64,000 bases of DNA from Cyanobacteria bacterium P01_F01_bin.150 (GCA_039189765.1 JBCCYL010000004.1:32001-96000); one strand, 5' to 3'. Numbered from the stretch's first letter, positions 29,389-40,799 are shown. Numbers and translations are program-made. Notes: generated by a model from the letters alone, not told the origin.

Positions 29389-32220
29389 ATGCGATCGCCA
29401 CTTTTGATAAAACTCATGCTAATGCCATTAGGGATATTGCCCGTTCTTCTGTTAGGCACGGGAGTCGCTAATGCATTGCCTGCGCTAGAAACATCTACGG
29501 TCGTTCCTCCAGCAGAAAATCAGGGACAAGCATCAACTCTCTCATCAGATGCTGTGCATCCATCGGGCAATCATGTGGCACAGTCAGATGGTTCGGGCGC
29601 TGCGGACTCGGTGGTAGAAGAGCATGAGGTGACTGATGCCCATGGCCCTGAGTTTGCAGATGCTCACGCAACAGCGGCGGACCTGCGGATTGAGCCTCGG
29701 TTTAATGTCGGGCACACGACCAGTGGTGGTTGGATGAATGGGTTAAGCCGCATTAGTGGCTGGATTCCTTTGCGACAGCAGGTGGGAGAAGATGTAACGT
29801 TTATTGAGCCTCGTATAGTCCTAGATAATGAAGGCCACTGGGGCGGGAATTTCCTTCTCGGTCATCGGGAATATGATGAAGATGGCAATCGCCTCTGGGC
29901 TGGCTATGCCTCAATTGACATCCGGGAAGCGGAAGAAGGGACCTGTGATCAGCTTGGGCTGGGCATGGAAACCCTCGGTGATAAATGGGACGTTCACCTC
30001 AACGGCTACATACCGATTGGCTCTTGCCGTCGGAATTTGGAGGAAAGCTTTTTCACCACCGGAGACGGCATTAGCTCGTCAGCGACTTTTGAAGGTAACC
30101 AGTTAATTCTTTCAGAAACTCAGGGGTCCATTCGTTCTTTTACCGACCAAATTGCGGTCGGTGGTTTCGATTTAGGGACCACCGTTGAACTCGCGGAGTG
30201 GGATGATGGCGATGGTGATTTACGGGCACTCGCCGGAATTTATCATTTGGGGGCCGAAGGCATTGATGACGCCTTTGGTTGGAGGCTTGGCTTAGAAGCC
30301 CGCCCCACTGAACAAATTGTCCTGGGCGTGGTTTACCAGGAAGATGAGATGTTTGGCACTAACGTGATGGCGTCCATCACTTTTAGTTTCCCCCGTGTTC
30401 GTCCTAAGGGTGATGTTTTGGATGAATTTGAAGAAGATTATGAAGTGGTAGAGCGATTGGGAGAACCCATCCGTCGAAACCACACTATTGTTATGAACAC
30501 CATCAGCGGTCAAGAGTCCGATCTGACCGTGGTTAGCGAACCGCTATTTAATCCTCAAAATGGTACGGATGAGAATCCCAGTGCCTACCGCTTCATTCAC
30601 GTTGATTTAGGCGCAGCCAGCAATGGCGATGGGACAGCGGAAAGCCCCTACAACAATATTGATGACGCCTTGGCCAATGCGAGCCGTAACTCGGGAACCG
30701 CGAACGGGAATCCAGAAACGGCTGAAAACCAAATCGTTTATGTTGATGCAAGCAGCAACACCGACATAGACGCGTTTGAAATTCCAGCAGGGGTCCGCGT
30801 ATTATCTCAAGCACCCACCCAACTGCTAAACGGAAGTAATGATTCTTTCTCGACCTTCCCTGTTGTGGAAGGTCGCTTACCTTTCTCTCCAGAAAATAAT
30901 TTCAATACGGGAACAGATATAGAAACAGGCATTGTTGTCACTCTTCCAGGATCTGGAGATGGTGATTTTCCCATTTTGGATTCAGGGGCCGATGATCTGA
31001 TTGTGATGAATAGCAATACCGTATTGTCCGGTTTCATCATTAACAATGCTGCCAGCGATGCTATTTTTGCTGATGGAGCTGAAAATATAGAAATTCGCGA
31101 TTCCTTTATCAACAATGTAGGTGAGCGAGGAATTTCGCTCAATAATGTGGTCGGCAGCGTGATTCTGTTTGACAACAGTCTGACGAACATTGGCGATGAA
31201 GGGATTGCCATCTTCAATGACACCCCCCCCAGCACAGTAGAGGTGACAGCCCGTCGCCAAACCATTGATAATGCTCGAGTTGGTATTGCTCTGGGGACGA
31301 GCGGAGGATCAGCTATAACTGGAAATTCCACTCAAATTGTTGATATTGAAGACAGCGAAATTACCAATAGTATCGAGCAAGGATTGCTGATGACGACCAG
31401 CGAGGTGGGGAATCAGGAAGTCAACTTTAGGGCAGTGGATGGTCAGGCGACGATTACCGGTAGTGGCCAAGAAGGTATCCGAATTGAAGCAATTACTTCA
31501 GGTTCACAAGAAGTCACCATTGAAGGGGCCACGATTGCGAACAACGGTAGTGACGGCACCCACGCCGGTATTGAGGTCATTGGGGGCATTCTCGACGACA
31601 TCGAAACTGATAATAATACCGCCGCTCAAGAAGTGTTTATCTTTGACAGTGCGATTGCCAATAATACGGGAGCGGGTATTAGCATCGAAGGAAATGGTGA
31701 AGCCGCTCAGGAATTTGGCATTAGTCGTAATACTATTACTAACAACTTAGGCGGGGGCATTGTCTCTACAACTAACAACTCGGTATTCCAAGAGTTTGTG
31801 AGGGATGATGATAATTTAACAAATGGTATATTCAGTAACACGATTACGGGGAATACTGGGCAAGGTATTGATTTGAATGCGAATGACTCCAGTACATTAC
31901 TAGCCGATATTTCCGCAAATACACTTTCGAATACGGCCACTACAGATGGAAATCCAGAGCTGGACTTTACTGCCAATAGCAATTCAGTTGACGCCTGTGC
32001 CTTTATCTTCCAAAACAATGCTGGGTCAAGCTCCATTGTGCTTGATAGCAACAGTAGTGGAAACGTCAGTGCATTTTTTGAAGTGGTGGACTTGAATGAT
32101 GCGTTAGGGGTTCTAAGTAGTAATACCACTCTCTCTGGTACAGTAACCCTATTACCGGACAGTTCAGCCTTTGCTGATAATGTAGGAGCAACAGATAGTT
32201 GCTTCACCGATGAAGATTAA
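29389..32220 (+). CDS. Outer-membrane protein: inverse-autotransporter-like beta-barrel plus right-handed beta-helix passenger
   Basis: Signal peptide; QLGLGMETLG..WDVHLNGYIP barrel motif; RLGEPIRR; GDGTAESPY; Asn/Ile-rich PbH1-like repeats. Confidence 0.75.
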   Translation: MRSPLLIKLMLMPLGILPVLLLGTGVANALPALETSTVVPPAENQGQASTLSSDAVHPSGNHVAQSDGSGAADSVVEEHEVTDAHGPEFADAHATAADLRIEPRFNVGHTTSGGWMNGLSRISGWIPLRQQVGEDVTFIEPRIVLDNEGHWGGNFLLGHREYDEDGNRLWAGYASIDIREAEEGTCDQLGLGMETLGDKWDVHLNGYIPIGSCRRNLEESFFTTGDGISSSATFEGNQLILSETQGSIRSFTDQIAVGGFDLGTTVELAEWDDGDGDLRALAGIYHLGAEGIDDAFGWRLGLEARPTEQIVLGVVYQEDEMFGTNVMASITFSFPRVRPKGDVLDEFEEDYEVVERLGEPIRRNHTIVMNTISGQESDLTVVSEPLFNPQNGTDENPSAYRFIHVDLGAASNGDGTAESPYNNIDDALANASRNSGTANGNPETAENQIVYVDASSNTDIDAFEIPAGVRVLSQAPTQLLNGSNDSFSTFPVVEGRLPFSPENNFNTGTDIETGIVVTLPGSGDGDFPILDSGADDLIVMNSNTVLSGFIINNAASDAIFADGAENIEIRDSFINNVGERGISLNNVVGSVILFDNSLTNIGDEGIAIFNDTPPSTVEVTARRQTIDNARVGIALGTSGGSAITGNSTQIVDIEDSEITNSIEQGLLMTTSEVGNQEVNFRAVDGQATITGSGQEGIRIEAITSGSQEVTIEGATIANNGSDGTHAGIEVIGGILDDIETDNNTAAQEVFIFDSAIANNTGAGISIEGNGEAAQEFGISRNTITNNLGGGIVSTTNNSVFQEFVRDDDNLTNGIFSNTITGNTGQGIDLNANDSSTLLADISANTLSNTATTDGNPELDFTANSNSVDACAFIFQNNAGSSSIVLDSNSSGNVSAFFEVVDLNDALGVLSSNTTLSGTVTLLPDSSAFADNVGATDSCFTDED

Positions 32221-32575
32221 TGATCACTAAATCATTTAAAACCTTCAATAAGGGATAGCCTGAATTATTCACCAGGATTCAGGAAATAGGATAGGCAAAG
32301 GACGCTAGGACATGCCCATCGCGTATATTGAAAAGATGGGCACACGTTATTTTGTCCATTCTACGCAATCTAATACAAGTTTTGTGCGGTGTACAGCGTA
32401 TGCCGCACATTTTTTAGTGTTTCGTATGGTTCGGTTTTCTCATCCTGTTTTTTAACTTGTCTGACTTCTAAACTGAAACTATATACTCCTCCGCGTTGCG
32501 CGGGGGATACACCTCCAAATACTAGCCGTTGGCAATATAGATTATATTTTAGGCTCATCAACAAGGAGTAACCGC

Positions 32576-34756
32576 ATGGGAGGATCAACCCGACAATCAG
32601 GGGAACAGCTAGCGCGGTGGCAGTGGGCTGTCTTAGCGTTGCCAATTGTGAGTATTGTCGGCTTTGTTATGGTTGCGGCAGGAGTGCAGATTCATGCTTG
32701 GGGTATAAGCTGGATTTGGGCCATTATGACCCTTATTTTTGTGGGATGGCGATGGCTGGCGGTGAAGTGGACTCAACCCTTGCTTCAACAACTCAGCGGT
32801 GCAATTGTTGATCTACAGACTGAGCTAGATACGACATTGGCAGATCGCTCAGAGCTAGAGTTAGATGCCGAGATTATCAAACAGGCTGACATCGCTATTA
32901 GAAAAATTTTGGACAATTCCCAAGATGATGGACCGATTTGGGAAGATTGGCCGACTTTCTGGCAACGGTGTCAGGAAGTGGTGAGTGCGATCGCCCATCT
33001 CTATCACCCTGACGTCAAATATCCTCTGCTCAATATCCATATTCCCCAAGCCTATGGCTTAATCCGAGGCACGGTGGATGATATGGACCTATGGATGCAA
33101 AAATTATCCCCGATTTTAAATCAGGTATCTGTGGGACAAGCCTATCGCGCTTATGAGGTGTACCGGAAAATAGAACCATCGGCTCGTAAACTAGGTAAAG
33201 TATGGAGCTGGGCACGATGGCTCTGGAATCCGGCAGCGGCAGCGGCCCAGACGATGAGCCAGCCTTACAATAATCAGGCAACCCAGCAACTATTGGTGAA
33301 TTTGAGCCAGTCCCTGCGAGAGGTCGCCTTGCATACGTTAGGCCAGCAGGCGATCGCTCTCTACAGTGGCAAATCCCCCAATCCTCCAGGGACGTTGAAT
33401 TTATCCAACAACGTCCCTGAAACTCTCCGTCCTTTGAACGACATATCCAATGAACCGCTAATCGCTACCCCATCTACAGGTTCATCTACAGGTTCATATA
33501 CAGGTTCATCTAAAAGTTCATCATCTTCTACATCGGTTCAAACTGTCCCCTCTAAGTCGGTTCGTCAAGTAACTTCTTCTCAAACGTCTAACACTCCTAG
33601 CCCGTCAATCGTAAAGCCGCTGCCCCATACCCAAACCATCCAGACCATCTTAGACCAGGCCAATCCAGCGGAGCAGGTCAACCAAGACCCGGTAAAAGTT
33701 TTGCTGGTGGGGCGAACAGGGGCAGGAAAAAGTAGTGTGATCAACACGCTGTTTCAGGCGGAGACCGCCACTGTTGATGTATTGCCCAGTACCGACCAAA
33801 TCCATGCTTATCAATGGCCTTCTGAGCATAACGCAGCAAGCTTACAGCCCTCTGAAGAGGCCCAATTAATTCTTTGGGATAGCCCAGGATATGAACAAAC
33901 GGATCAGACTGCATTCCGAGAACAGGTTCTGAACCAGGCCCAAGCAGCAGATGTGATCATCCTGGTTACTCCTGTAATGGACCCTGCCTTGCAGATGGAT
34001 GTGGATTTTTTGACGGACCTTAAACGAGAGGCTCCAGATTTACCCGTTTTTGTAGTAGTGACTCAAATCGATCGAGTGCGTCCAGTGCGGGAGTGGAATC
34101 CTCCCTATGACTGGCAACAGGGAACGAGGGCAAAGGAGCAGACAATTCGTGATGCGATCGCCTATCGCCAGAGCATTCTTGACGCTGTTTGTGATCAGGT
34201 TTTGCCCCTTGTCACGCTGGAAGTAGGATTGGATGGACATATTAAACGACTACCATGGAACGACGAAATTCTTGTAGAAAGAGTGATAAACGCGATCGCT
34301 CCCGCTAAACAGCTACGCCTTGCTCGGTTTCTTAAAAATCAAGAATTACAAGCCCATGCTGCTGCTAAGATTATCCACAGTTATACTATTCAGATGACGA
34401 CAGCCCAAGGAATTGCGTCGTTTTTAAAGAGTCCAGTTCTGAAATTTATGTCTACCCTGACGACCGGGTCTCCAGACTTAGCCTATCTTTTAGAAGAGCA
34501 GATTCCAGTGGAGCAACTTCCCCTTGTTACTGGCAAACTCCAAATGGCCTACGATTTACACAATGCCTTGAGCACTGAGGCAGATGCAGCATTTAACTTG
34601 TTGTCGCTGTGGCCACTGCTGCTGGATTGTGCAGGAAGTCCTCGCGAAAATGCAGCGCTGTTTGGCCATGTGTTAGTAGAACACTTTATTCAACAGACAT
34701 CAACGGAAACACTGCATCATCGATTTTATAAGCAGATTGACCAGCTATCCAACTAA
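32576..34756 (+). CDS. Membrane-anchored GTPase family protein
   Basis: Two N-terminal TM; GRTGAGKSS, DSPG, TQID; S/T-rich insert with 4 x 12-bp repeat at 33471-33518. Confidence 0.85.
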   Translation: MGGSTRQSGEQLARWQWAVLALPIVSIVGFVMVAAGVQIHAWGISWIWAIMTLIFVGWRWLAVKWTQPLLQQLSGAIVDLQTELDTTLADRSELELDAEIIKQADIAIRKILDNSQDDGPIWEDWPTFWQRCQEVVSAIAHLYHPDVKYPLLNIHIPQAYGLIRGTVDDMDLWMQKLSPILNQVSVGQAYRAYEVYRKIEPSARKLGKVWSWARWLWNPAAAAAQTMSQPYNNQATQQLLVNLSQSLREVALHTLGQQAIALYSGKSPNPPGTLNLSNNVPETLRPLNDISNEPLIATPSTGSSTGSYTGSSKSSSSSTSVQTVPSKSVRQVTSSQTSNTPSPSIVKPLPHTQTIQTILDQANPAEQVNQDPVKVLLVGRTGAGKSSVINTLFQAETATVDVLPSTDQIHAYQWPSEHNAASLQPSEEAQLILWDSPGYEQTDQTAFREQVLNQAQAADVIILVTPVMDPALQMDVDFLTDLKREAPDLPVFVVVTQIDRVRPVREWNPPYDWQQGTRAKEQTIRDAIAYRQSILDAVCDQVLPLVTLEVGLDGHIKRLPWNDEILVERVINAIAPAKQLRLARFLKNQELQAHAAAKIIHSYTIQMTTAQGIASFLKSPVLKFMSTLTTGSPDLAYLLEEQIPVEQLPLVTGKLQMAYDLHNALSTEADAAFNLLSLWPLLLDCAGSPRENAALFGHVLVEHFIQQTSTETLHHRFYKQIDQLSN

Positions 34757-34758
34757 AG

Positions 34759-35238
34759 TTAATATCCATCTTGCAAGGCTGGTAAAAGAATAGAGGTGCA
34801 GTGGGCATTGATAATGTGCTGGAGCGCTGCTTCAACGGTTTTAAATACTGGGATTAAGTGCATTTCCGCCATGGCCTGAACATAAAATCGGCCTCGATTC
34901 AAATCACGGCATTCAGCATCAGAAATAATACTTCCCTCTATCTCATGCCCTTTTTCCACATCGCTTAAGACGAGCACTAGAGGCCGTTTCTCTGATATGC
35001 AGTACGCTGCCTCTGCTAAACTTGCCACACCACGAGTTTGGCCATTAATTACAAACAAGAGAATACTGGCCTCTTCCTTAGCCTGTTGTTCGATATACTC
35101 GCATTCTTCTGTCCACTCCCCCACGCCTAGCTGAGGGTTAAAGTACGATAGTCCTGCTGCCTCTAAAGCTGGGATAGCGATATCCTGACGCCAGGTCGTT
35201 GTTCCACAAGCTCCACCTAGAAAAACGTTTGACTTCAT
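34759..35238 (-). CDS. Nucleoside 2-deoxyribosyltransferase-like domain protein (Raw-like)
   Basis: VFLGGAC..TTWRQ..AIP.L...G.SYFNPQ..W.......E...K.....LFVI...TRG.AS..EAA..DLNRGR. Confidence 0.7.
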   Translation of the reverse strand: MKSNVFLGGACGTTTWRQDIAIPALEAAGLSYFNPQLGVGEWTEECEYIEQQAKEEASILLFVINGQTRGVASLAEAAYCISEKRPLVLVLSDVEKGHEIEGSIISDAECRDLNRGRFYVQAMAEMHLIPVFKTVEAALQHIINAHCTSILLPALQDGY

Positions 35239-35424
35239 AATGCTATTTTCTGATGCTAAGTTAGCAGTGACTACTTACATATGGTTACGAACAAACATCC
35301 GTTCAATAACAGCGCGATCGCCTATTTCCAGAATCTCATCGTTTTATGCATCCGCATATTTGCCCAACGCTCCTTAATATTTTACGACCATATACTGGCT
35401 TAATTCGTTCCCCAGTAACTTTAT

Positions 35425-36450
35425 TTAAACCATAGTTAAAACATTAGGATTGCGTAAGTCCTGCAACGTACGGCACCCAGAACAAAATAGTGTCGTCGTT
35501 ATTTCCGCTACTAAAAAGTTCATCAGTTCTTGTACCGCATCGTCTGAATCGGCGGCAGCTTGTAAAAAGGGAAGGGCTAATCCAGCCATATCAGCTCCTA
35601 AGGCAATTGTTTTTGCCACATCCAATCCATTTCGGATGCCGCCGGAGGCAATTAGTGGAATGTGAGGCGCGACGGTTCGAATGGTCTGAATACATTCAGT
35701 GGTAGGGATGCCCCAATTCCCAAAGGTTTGGCCCAAACGTCGCTGCAACTTATCTTTGGCCCGTTCTCCCTCTACCTGAGCCCAGGACGTGCCCCCTGCA
35801 CCTGCTACGTCAATGGCGCTCACTCCAGCATTAATCAATTTTTGGGCCATGACCGCAGATATCCCATTCCCCACTTCTTTGGCAATCACAGGTACCGATA
35901 GGGCATTACAAAGATGCTCGATCTTAGCGAATAGACCACTAAAATTTTTATCTCCATTACTTTGGACACATTCTTGCAGCGGATTGATATGGAGAATTAA
36001 CGCATCTGCTTGTAGGGAATCCACTGCTCGCAGACATTCATCCAGACCGTAAGAATAATTGAGCTGTACGGCTCCAATATTGGCTAGCAGTAGGATATCT
36101 GGAGCAAGCGATCGCACCGCAAATGTATCTGTCACTTCTGGTTTTTCAATTGCCACCCGCTGGGACCCCACTCCCATGGCAATGCCATATTCCTGCGCGA
36201 CCGTCGCCAGTCGCTGGTTAATATGTTTGGCCTGTTGAGTTCCCCCTGTCATAGAGGAAATAAGTAGGGGCGATCGCAGTGCTTTACCCAGAAAAGATGT
36301 GGAGATATCTATATCAGTCCAATCCAACTCTGGCAAACAACAGTGGGTAAAACGATACCTTTCTAATCCAGTCGAGTTCGTATGAAACTGTACGTCATCT
36401 TCCAGGCAAACACGTATATGGTCAGCTTTACGAGCTTGGGTATTACTCAT
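35425..36450 (-). CDS. fni: Type 2 isopentenyl-diphosphate delta-isomerase
   Basis: [40 protein letters not shown]. Confidence 0.96.
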   Translation of the reverse strand: MSNTQARKADHIRVCLEDDVQFHTNSTGLERYRFTHCCLPELDWTDIDISTSFLGKALRSPLLISSMTGGTQQAKHINQRLATVAQEYGIAMGVGSQRVAIEKPEVTDTFAVRSLAPDILLLANIGAVQLNYSYGLDECLRAVDSLQADALILHINPLQECVQSNGDKNFSGLFAKIEHLCNALSVPVIAKEVGNGISAVMAQKLINAGVSAIDVAGAGGTSWAQVEGERAKDKLQRRLGQTFGNWGIPTTECIQTIRTVAPHIPLIASGGIRNGLDVAKTIALGADMAGLALPFLQAAADSDDAVQELMNFLVAEITTTLFCSGCRTLQDLRNPNVLTMV

Positions 36451-36598
36451 GGGATATTAATCTAAGCAAACATCTGGGTAAACATCTAATTCCTGAATCA
36501 CAATCCATAATTTGTGGACCGGAACCCAAGGCTCTTAAAACTCTGAGTTCCATCACTAGCTTCTTTGGCGACCTCCCAATCATGGCTTAGCTGAATGT

Positions 36599-37141
36599 CT
36601 AACGGGGGCGAGTAATTAGCTCGACAGCATCACGGTCATCGATGCTTTGTAAATAAACTTTTACCTGCTCCTCTGTCGCTGTGGGCAGACGTTTTCCTGT
36701 GAAATCAGGATGGATAGGGAGATCTCGATGGCCTCGATCCACCAGCACTGCAAGGCGGATTATGCTTGGACGACCGTAATCTGTGACGGCATTAAGAGCA
36801 GCCCTAACGGTTCGGCCTTTATAGATGACATCATCGACTAAGATGACGACACGCCCAGATAAATCAAAAGGAATTTGAGTCTTAGCAGGTGTCCTCAACT
36901 TTATTTGATCCAAGTCATCTCGATAAAACGTGATGTCCAATGCTCCTAAAGGTACCTGAACCTGTTCCAAGACCTCAATTTGACGAGCTAATAACTGGGC
37001 TAACGGCACTCCACGGGTGTAAATACCCAACAAAATCAGATTAGAGAGATCGGTGGTTTGTTCAACAATTTCAGAGGCCAATCGAGTTACTGTACGTCGA
37101 ATTTCTTCGGCAGAGAGGATTTCAACAATTTCAGAAGCCAT
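36599..37141 (-). CDS. pyrR: Pyrimidine operon regulator / uracil phosphoribosyltransferase
   Basis: [34 protein letters not shown]. Confidence 0.95.
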   Translation of the reverse strand: MASEIVEILSAEEIRRTVTRLASEIVEQTTDLSNLILLGIYTRGVPLAQLLARQIEVLEQVQVPLGALDITFYRDDLDQIKLRTPAKTQIPFDLSGRVVILVDDVIYKGRTVRAALNAVTDYGRPSIIRLAVLVDRGHRDLPIHPDFTGKRLPTATEEQVKVYLQSIDDRDAVELITRPR

Positions 37142-37677
37142 ATTTAGAAACCATAGGATCAAGGTCAGTATTCACATCAGCTAAGTTGATGTGAACACTC
37201 TACTTTACGAGTTCAATCATTGGGTCCGATCACATAAATTTTCAATAAAGCCTAGGGAAAACACTGGCATCCCTTTTGTAGAAATGCCACAGTTTGATCA
37301 TTCAAGACATCCACCTACTTGGATGTTATGGGTATCTTAATCTAGCAGGCATTTTTAAGAGATTTCCAACGGATGTCTCTTGTTTTTCGTCATAGCGTAA
37401 ATAACGGAAAATGGGGTAAAAGATCTACCGAAACTTCATAAATTTGCTGAACGTATTCCACTGATGTTCCCGCTTAATTAAAGTATCTATCCAGCCATTA
37501 GATTGCATCACGTAAATCCTTAACGTTTTTGAGCGTCAAAAGACAGCAGTCTTTGACTTCAATCAAAATTATCAAAGAGTCGCTCAGAGCATCCATCAGA
37601 GTGTCCTTTGATGAGCGCAGGTCCGCTCCCGTATTCTTCCCAGTCTCTGAGAATACGGTATGTTTATTCGCTTTTAA

Positions 37678-37741
37678 AGGTTTCGTTTTAGAGCGAAGCG
37701 CTACTAATGCTAGTGGGCGTATAGAGCGCCTCTACGCCTTT
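37678..37741 (+). mobile_element. Degenerate MITE/REP-like element (subfamily 1)
   Basis: AGGTTTCGTTTTAGAGCGAAG..TAGTGGGCG..CGCCTCTA. Confidence 0.45.
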
Positions 37742-37848
37742 AATTCCCATTTTTTACCTGATGGGCAGCCAAGTTGCCCATCAGGTTTGAGATTTAAATC
37801 ACATCATTGTGATTTCAGCCATAAACCACCATATGTCACCCGACCACT

Positions 37849-39270
37849 ATGAATATATCGATTGATGCTACCCAAATCCCCTATTCCGTTGATTGGATTA
37901 GAGAAGCTCAGGATTTATTGAATGCCTCTATTGTGGAGTACCAGGGGAAACCCATTGGTACTGTTGCAGCCCGGGATCAAGGGGTGGAAGCATTAAATTA
38001 TGACCAATGTTTTATTCGTGATTTTATCTCTTCAGCTCTTTTTTTTCTAACTGATGGTCGGACTGATATTGTGCGACATTTCCTGGTGGAAACGTTAGCG
38101 CTACAAAATAGCGATAAACAGATGGATCGGTTTAATGCCGGGCAGGGGTTGATGCCCGCTAGCTTCAAGGTGGAATCATGGGAAGAGGATCAATACCTTA
38201 CGGCGGATTTTGGAGAGCATGCCATTGGTCGGGTGACGCCAGTGGATTCTAGTTTTTGGTGGTTATGGCTGTTGAGAGCCTATGTAAAAACAACCGGGGA
38301 TATCGCTTTAGCTCATCGGCCTGAATTTCAAGAAGGGATCATGCGCATTCTCAAGCTTTGTTTGGCCGATCGCTTTGACATGTACCCAACGTTATTAGTG
38401 CCGGATGGATCCTTTATGATTGACCGTCGCATGGGAGTATCGGGACATCCGTTGGAGATTCAAGCCCTATTCTATAGTGCATTACGTGCTGCTCGTGAAC
38501 TGCTGACGCCGGGTTGTAAACGTCGAGATGTGATGATGCACGTGATTCATCAACGTCTCAGTACCCTCAATTTTCACATTCGGGAATATTATTGGCTTGA
38601 CCTCAAACGCCTGAACGATATCTATCGCTATCGTGGTGAGGAATTTGGCGCTACAGCAGTCAATAAATTCAATATCTATGCGGACTCTATTCCTTTATGG
38701 CTAACAGAGTGGATGCCTGAAAAAGGCGGATATTTAGCTGGAAACTTGGGGCCAGCCCAAATGGATTTTCGCTTTTTTACGTTGGGTAATCTGCTGGCCA
38801 TTATGGGATCTTTAGCCAGTCCCAAAGAATCCCAATCGATTATGGATTTAATTGAGCAGCGATGGACGGATTTGGTGGGGTACATGCCCATGAAGATTTG
38901 TTTTCCCGCAGTGGAAGGTGAAGAGTGGAAAATTCTTACAGGGTGTGATCCCAAAAATGTTCCCTGGTCCTACCATAATGGCGGCAACTGGCCCGTGTTG
39001 CTATGGCCGTTAACCGCAGTGGCAATCAAAACAGGGCGAAGAGAGCTGGCAGAGAGGGCGATCGCCATTGCTGAAAAGCGATTGAGCCGAGACGAATGGC
39101 CTGAATACTATGATGGCCGTAATGGCCGCCTAGTGGGTAAAGCCTCCCGTAAATATCAGACTTGGACAATTACTGGCTTACTTTTATCTAAAGCCCTTCT
39201 AAATAACCCCGAGCATTTGTCCCTGTTTTGCTTTGATGAAGATCCAGCTCTATCATCTTGGACTTACTGA
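37849..39270 (+). CDS. Alkaline/neutral invertase (GH100)
   Basis: [47 protein letters not shown]. Confidence 0.95.
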   Translation: MNISIDATQIPYSVDWIREAQDLLNASIVEYQGKPIGTVAARDQGVEALNYDQCFIRDFISSALFFLTDGRTDIVRHFLVETLALQNSDKQMDRFNAGQGLMPASFKVESWEEDQYLTADFGEHAIGRVTPVDSSFWWLWLLRAYVKTTGDIALAHRPEFQEGIMRILKLCLADRFDMYPTLLVPDGSFMIDRRMGVSGHPLEIQALFYSALRAARELLTPGCKRRDVMMHVIHQRLSTLNFHIREYYWLDLKRLNDIYRYRGEEFGATAVNKFNIYADSIPLWLTEWMPEKGGYLAGNLGPAQMDFRFFTLGNLLAIMGSLASPKESQSIMDLIEQRWTDLVGYMPMKICFPAVEGEEWKILTGCDPKNVPWSYHNGGNWPVLLWPLTAVAIKTGRRELAERAIAIAEKRLSRDEWPEYYDGRNGRLVGKASRKYQTWTITGLLLSKALLNNPEHLSLFCFDEDPALSSWTY

Positions 39271-39294
39271 CAGTGACCCTGCATTTAAACTCGA

Positions 39295-39340
39295 AGCGAT
39301 CGCACTAACTCATTTAGGTTAATGCGATCGCTCTTTTTTA
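39295..39340 (+). terminator. Invertase terminator whose stem is two HIP1 sites
   Basis: AGCGATCGCA...TGCGATCGCT-CTTTTTT. Confidence 0.65.
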
Positions 39341-39356
39341 TGCTTTACTGATCTAA

Positions 39357-39400
39357 CGAGAAACTGGGACGCGCTGTGCCTTAGTTTTCTGTCTTAAATT
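39357..39400. repeat. Degenerate MITE/REP-like hairpin (subfamily 3)
   Basis: GAGAAACTGGGACGC..GTGCCTTAGTTTTCT-GTCTTAAA resembles the 17517 copy. Confidence 0.4.
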
Positions 39401-39413
39401 CCCTCCATACAGA

Positions 39414-40799
39414 CTAGCGACCAATGCCCACGTATTGGAAGCCTAAATCTGTCAGTAGCTGCTGGTCGAGGAAATTACGACCGTCAATCATAATTGGGGT
39501 ATTCATTTTAGACGCCATCTTGGCAAAATCTAGCTCTCGGAACTGTTTCCAATCGGTTACCAACACCAAGGCATCACATCCCTCTGCCAGCATTTCGGCA
39601 TCAGTCTCAACAAGCACGTTGGATAAACCATTTCGTAATCCAGACTGAGACACAATTGGGTCATAGGCCTTAACCCGTGCTCCCAAGCGGCTGAGTTGCT
39701 CAATTAAATCGAGTGCTGGCGCATCACGCATGTCATCAGTATCAGGCTTAAACGTTAAACCCAGGAGACCGACAGTTTTACCTTTCAATATCTTCAGCAC
39801 TTGCTGTAGCTTTTCAAGGGTCATTAGACGCTGACGCTTATTCACGTCTACGGCTGCTTTCAACAATTGCGCTTCATAACCATAGTCATCCGCCGTGTGA
39901 ATCAGAGCTGCAACATCTTTTGGGAAACATGATCCACCCCAGCCAATGCCCGCTTGCAAGAATTTACCACCAATTCGAGAGTCCAAACCAATGCCATTTG
40001 CGACCTGAGTAACATCAGCTCCAACGCGATCGCAAATATTAGCAATCTCATTGATAAAGCTAATTTTGGTTGCCAAGAAGGTGTTTGCTGCATACTTGAC
40101 CATCTCTGCTGAACTCAAGTCTGTTACAACCACAGGTACGGTAGGCAAGGACTTATCCTCTGCATACTCACGGGATACGATGGGTGCATACAGTTCCTTC
40201 ATCATGGAAATAGCGCGATCGCTATCACTGCCCAAAACGATACGATCAGGGTTAAAGGTGTCATAGACAGCAGACCCTTCTCTCAAAAACTCAGGGTTAC
40301 TGACAACATCAAAGTCTGCCGTAATTTCAGGCTCAGTTACGGTGCCTCCGCCACTGGGGACCAACGCTTTCTTTCGCTCAGCTACGCCATCCAGTACGAT
40401 CATTCGCACCCAGTCTCCTGAGCCAATAGGCACAGTAGACTTATTAACGATGACTTTATAGCCACCATTTAGATGAGTTCCAATCCCTTTTGCCACAGCT
40501 TCAACATAGCGAGTATCACTCTCACCAGTTGGTAGGGGAGGCGTTCCTACCGCAATATACAGGACATCTCCGTGGGCAACTCCTGCGGCTAAGTCAGAGG
40601 TGAATTTAATACGACCAGATTGAATAGAACTCTGCATCAATTCAGATAGACCTGGCTCGAAAATGGGAGATTGCCCAGACTGCATCAATTTAACTTTTTC
40701 TTCATTATTGTCAACACAGATGACATCGTGACCAATGTTGGCAAGACATACACCGGTAACAAGACCAACATATCCAGTTCCTATTACACAAACTTGCAT
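39414..40799 (-). CDS. ugd: UDP-glucose 6-dehydrogenase
   Basis: GTGYVG, KSTVP, NPEFLREG, GGSCFPKD, FKPDTDDMR, DGRN. Confidence 0.95.
   Translation of the reverse strand: MQVCVIGTGYVGLVTGVCLANIGHDVICVDNNEEKVKLMQSGQSPIFEPGLSELMQSSIQSGRIKFTSDLAAGVAHGDVLYIAVGTPPLPTGESDTRYVEAVAKGIGTHLNGGYKVIVNKSTVPIGSGDWVRMIVLDGVAERKKALVPSGGGTVTEPEITADFDVVSNPEFLREGSAVYDTFNPDRIVLGSDSDRAISMMKELYAPIVSREYAEDKSLPTVPVVVTDLSSAEMVKYAANTFLATKISFINEIANICDRVGADVTQVANGIGLDSRIGGKFLQAGIGWGGSCFPKDVAALIHTADDYGYEAQLLKAAVDVNKRQRLMTLEKLQQVLKILKGKTVGLLGLTFKPDTDDMRDAPALDLIEQLSRLGARVKAYDPIVSQSGLRNGLSNVLVETDAEMLAEGCDALVLVTDWKQFRELDFAKMASKMNTPIMIDGRNFLDQQLLTDLGFQYVGIGR

Noticed and set aside
37529..37852. 107-aa ORF upstream of invertase
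   Set aside because: TTG start, runs through a repeat element, no protein-like features
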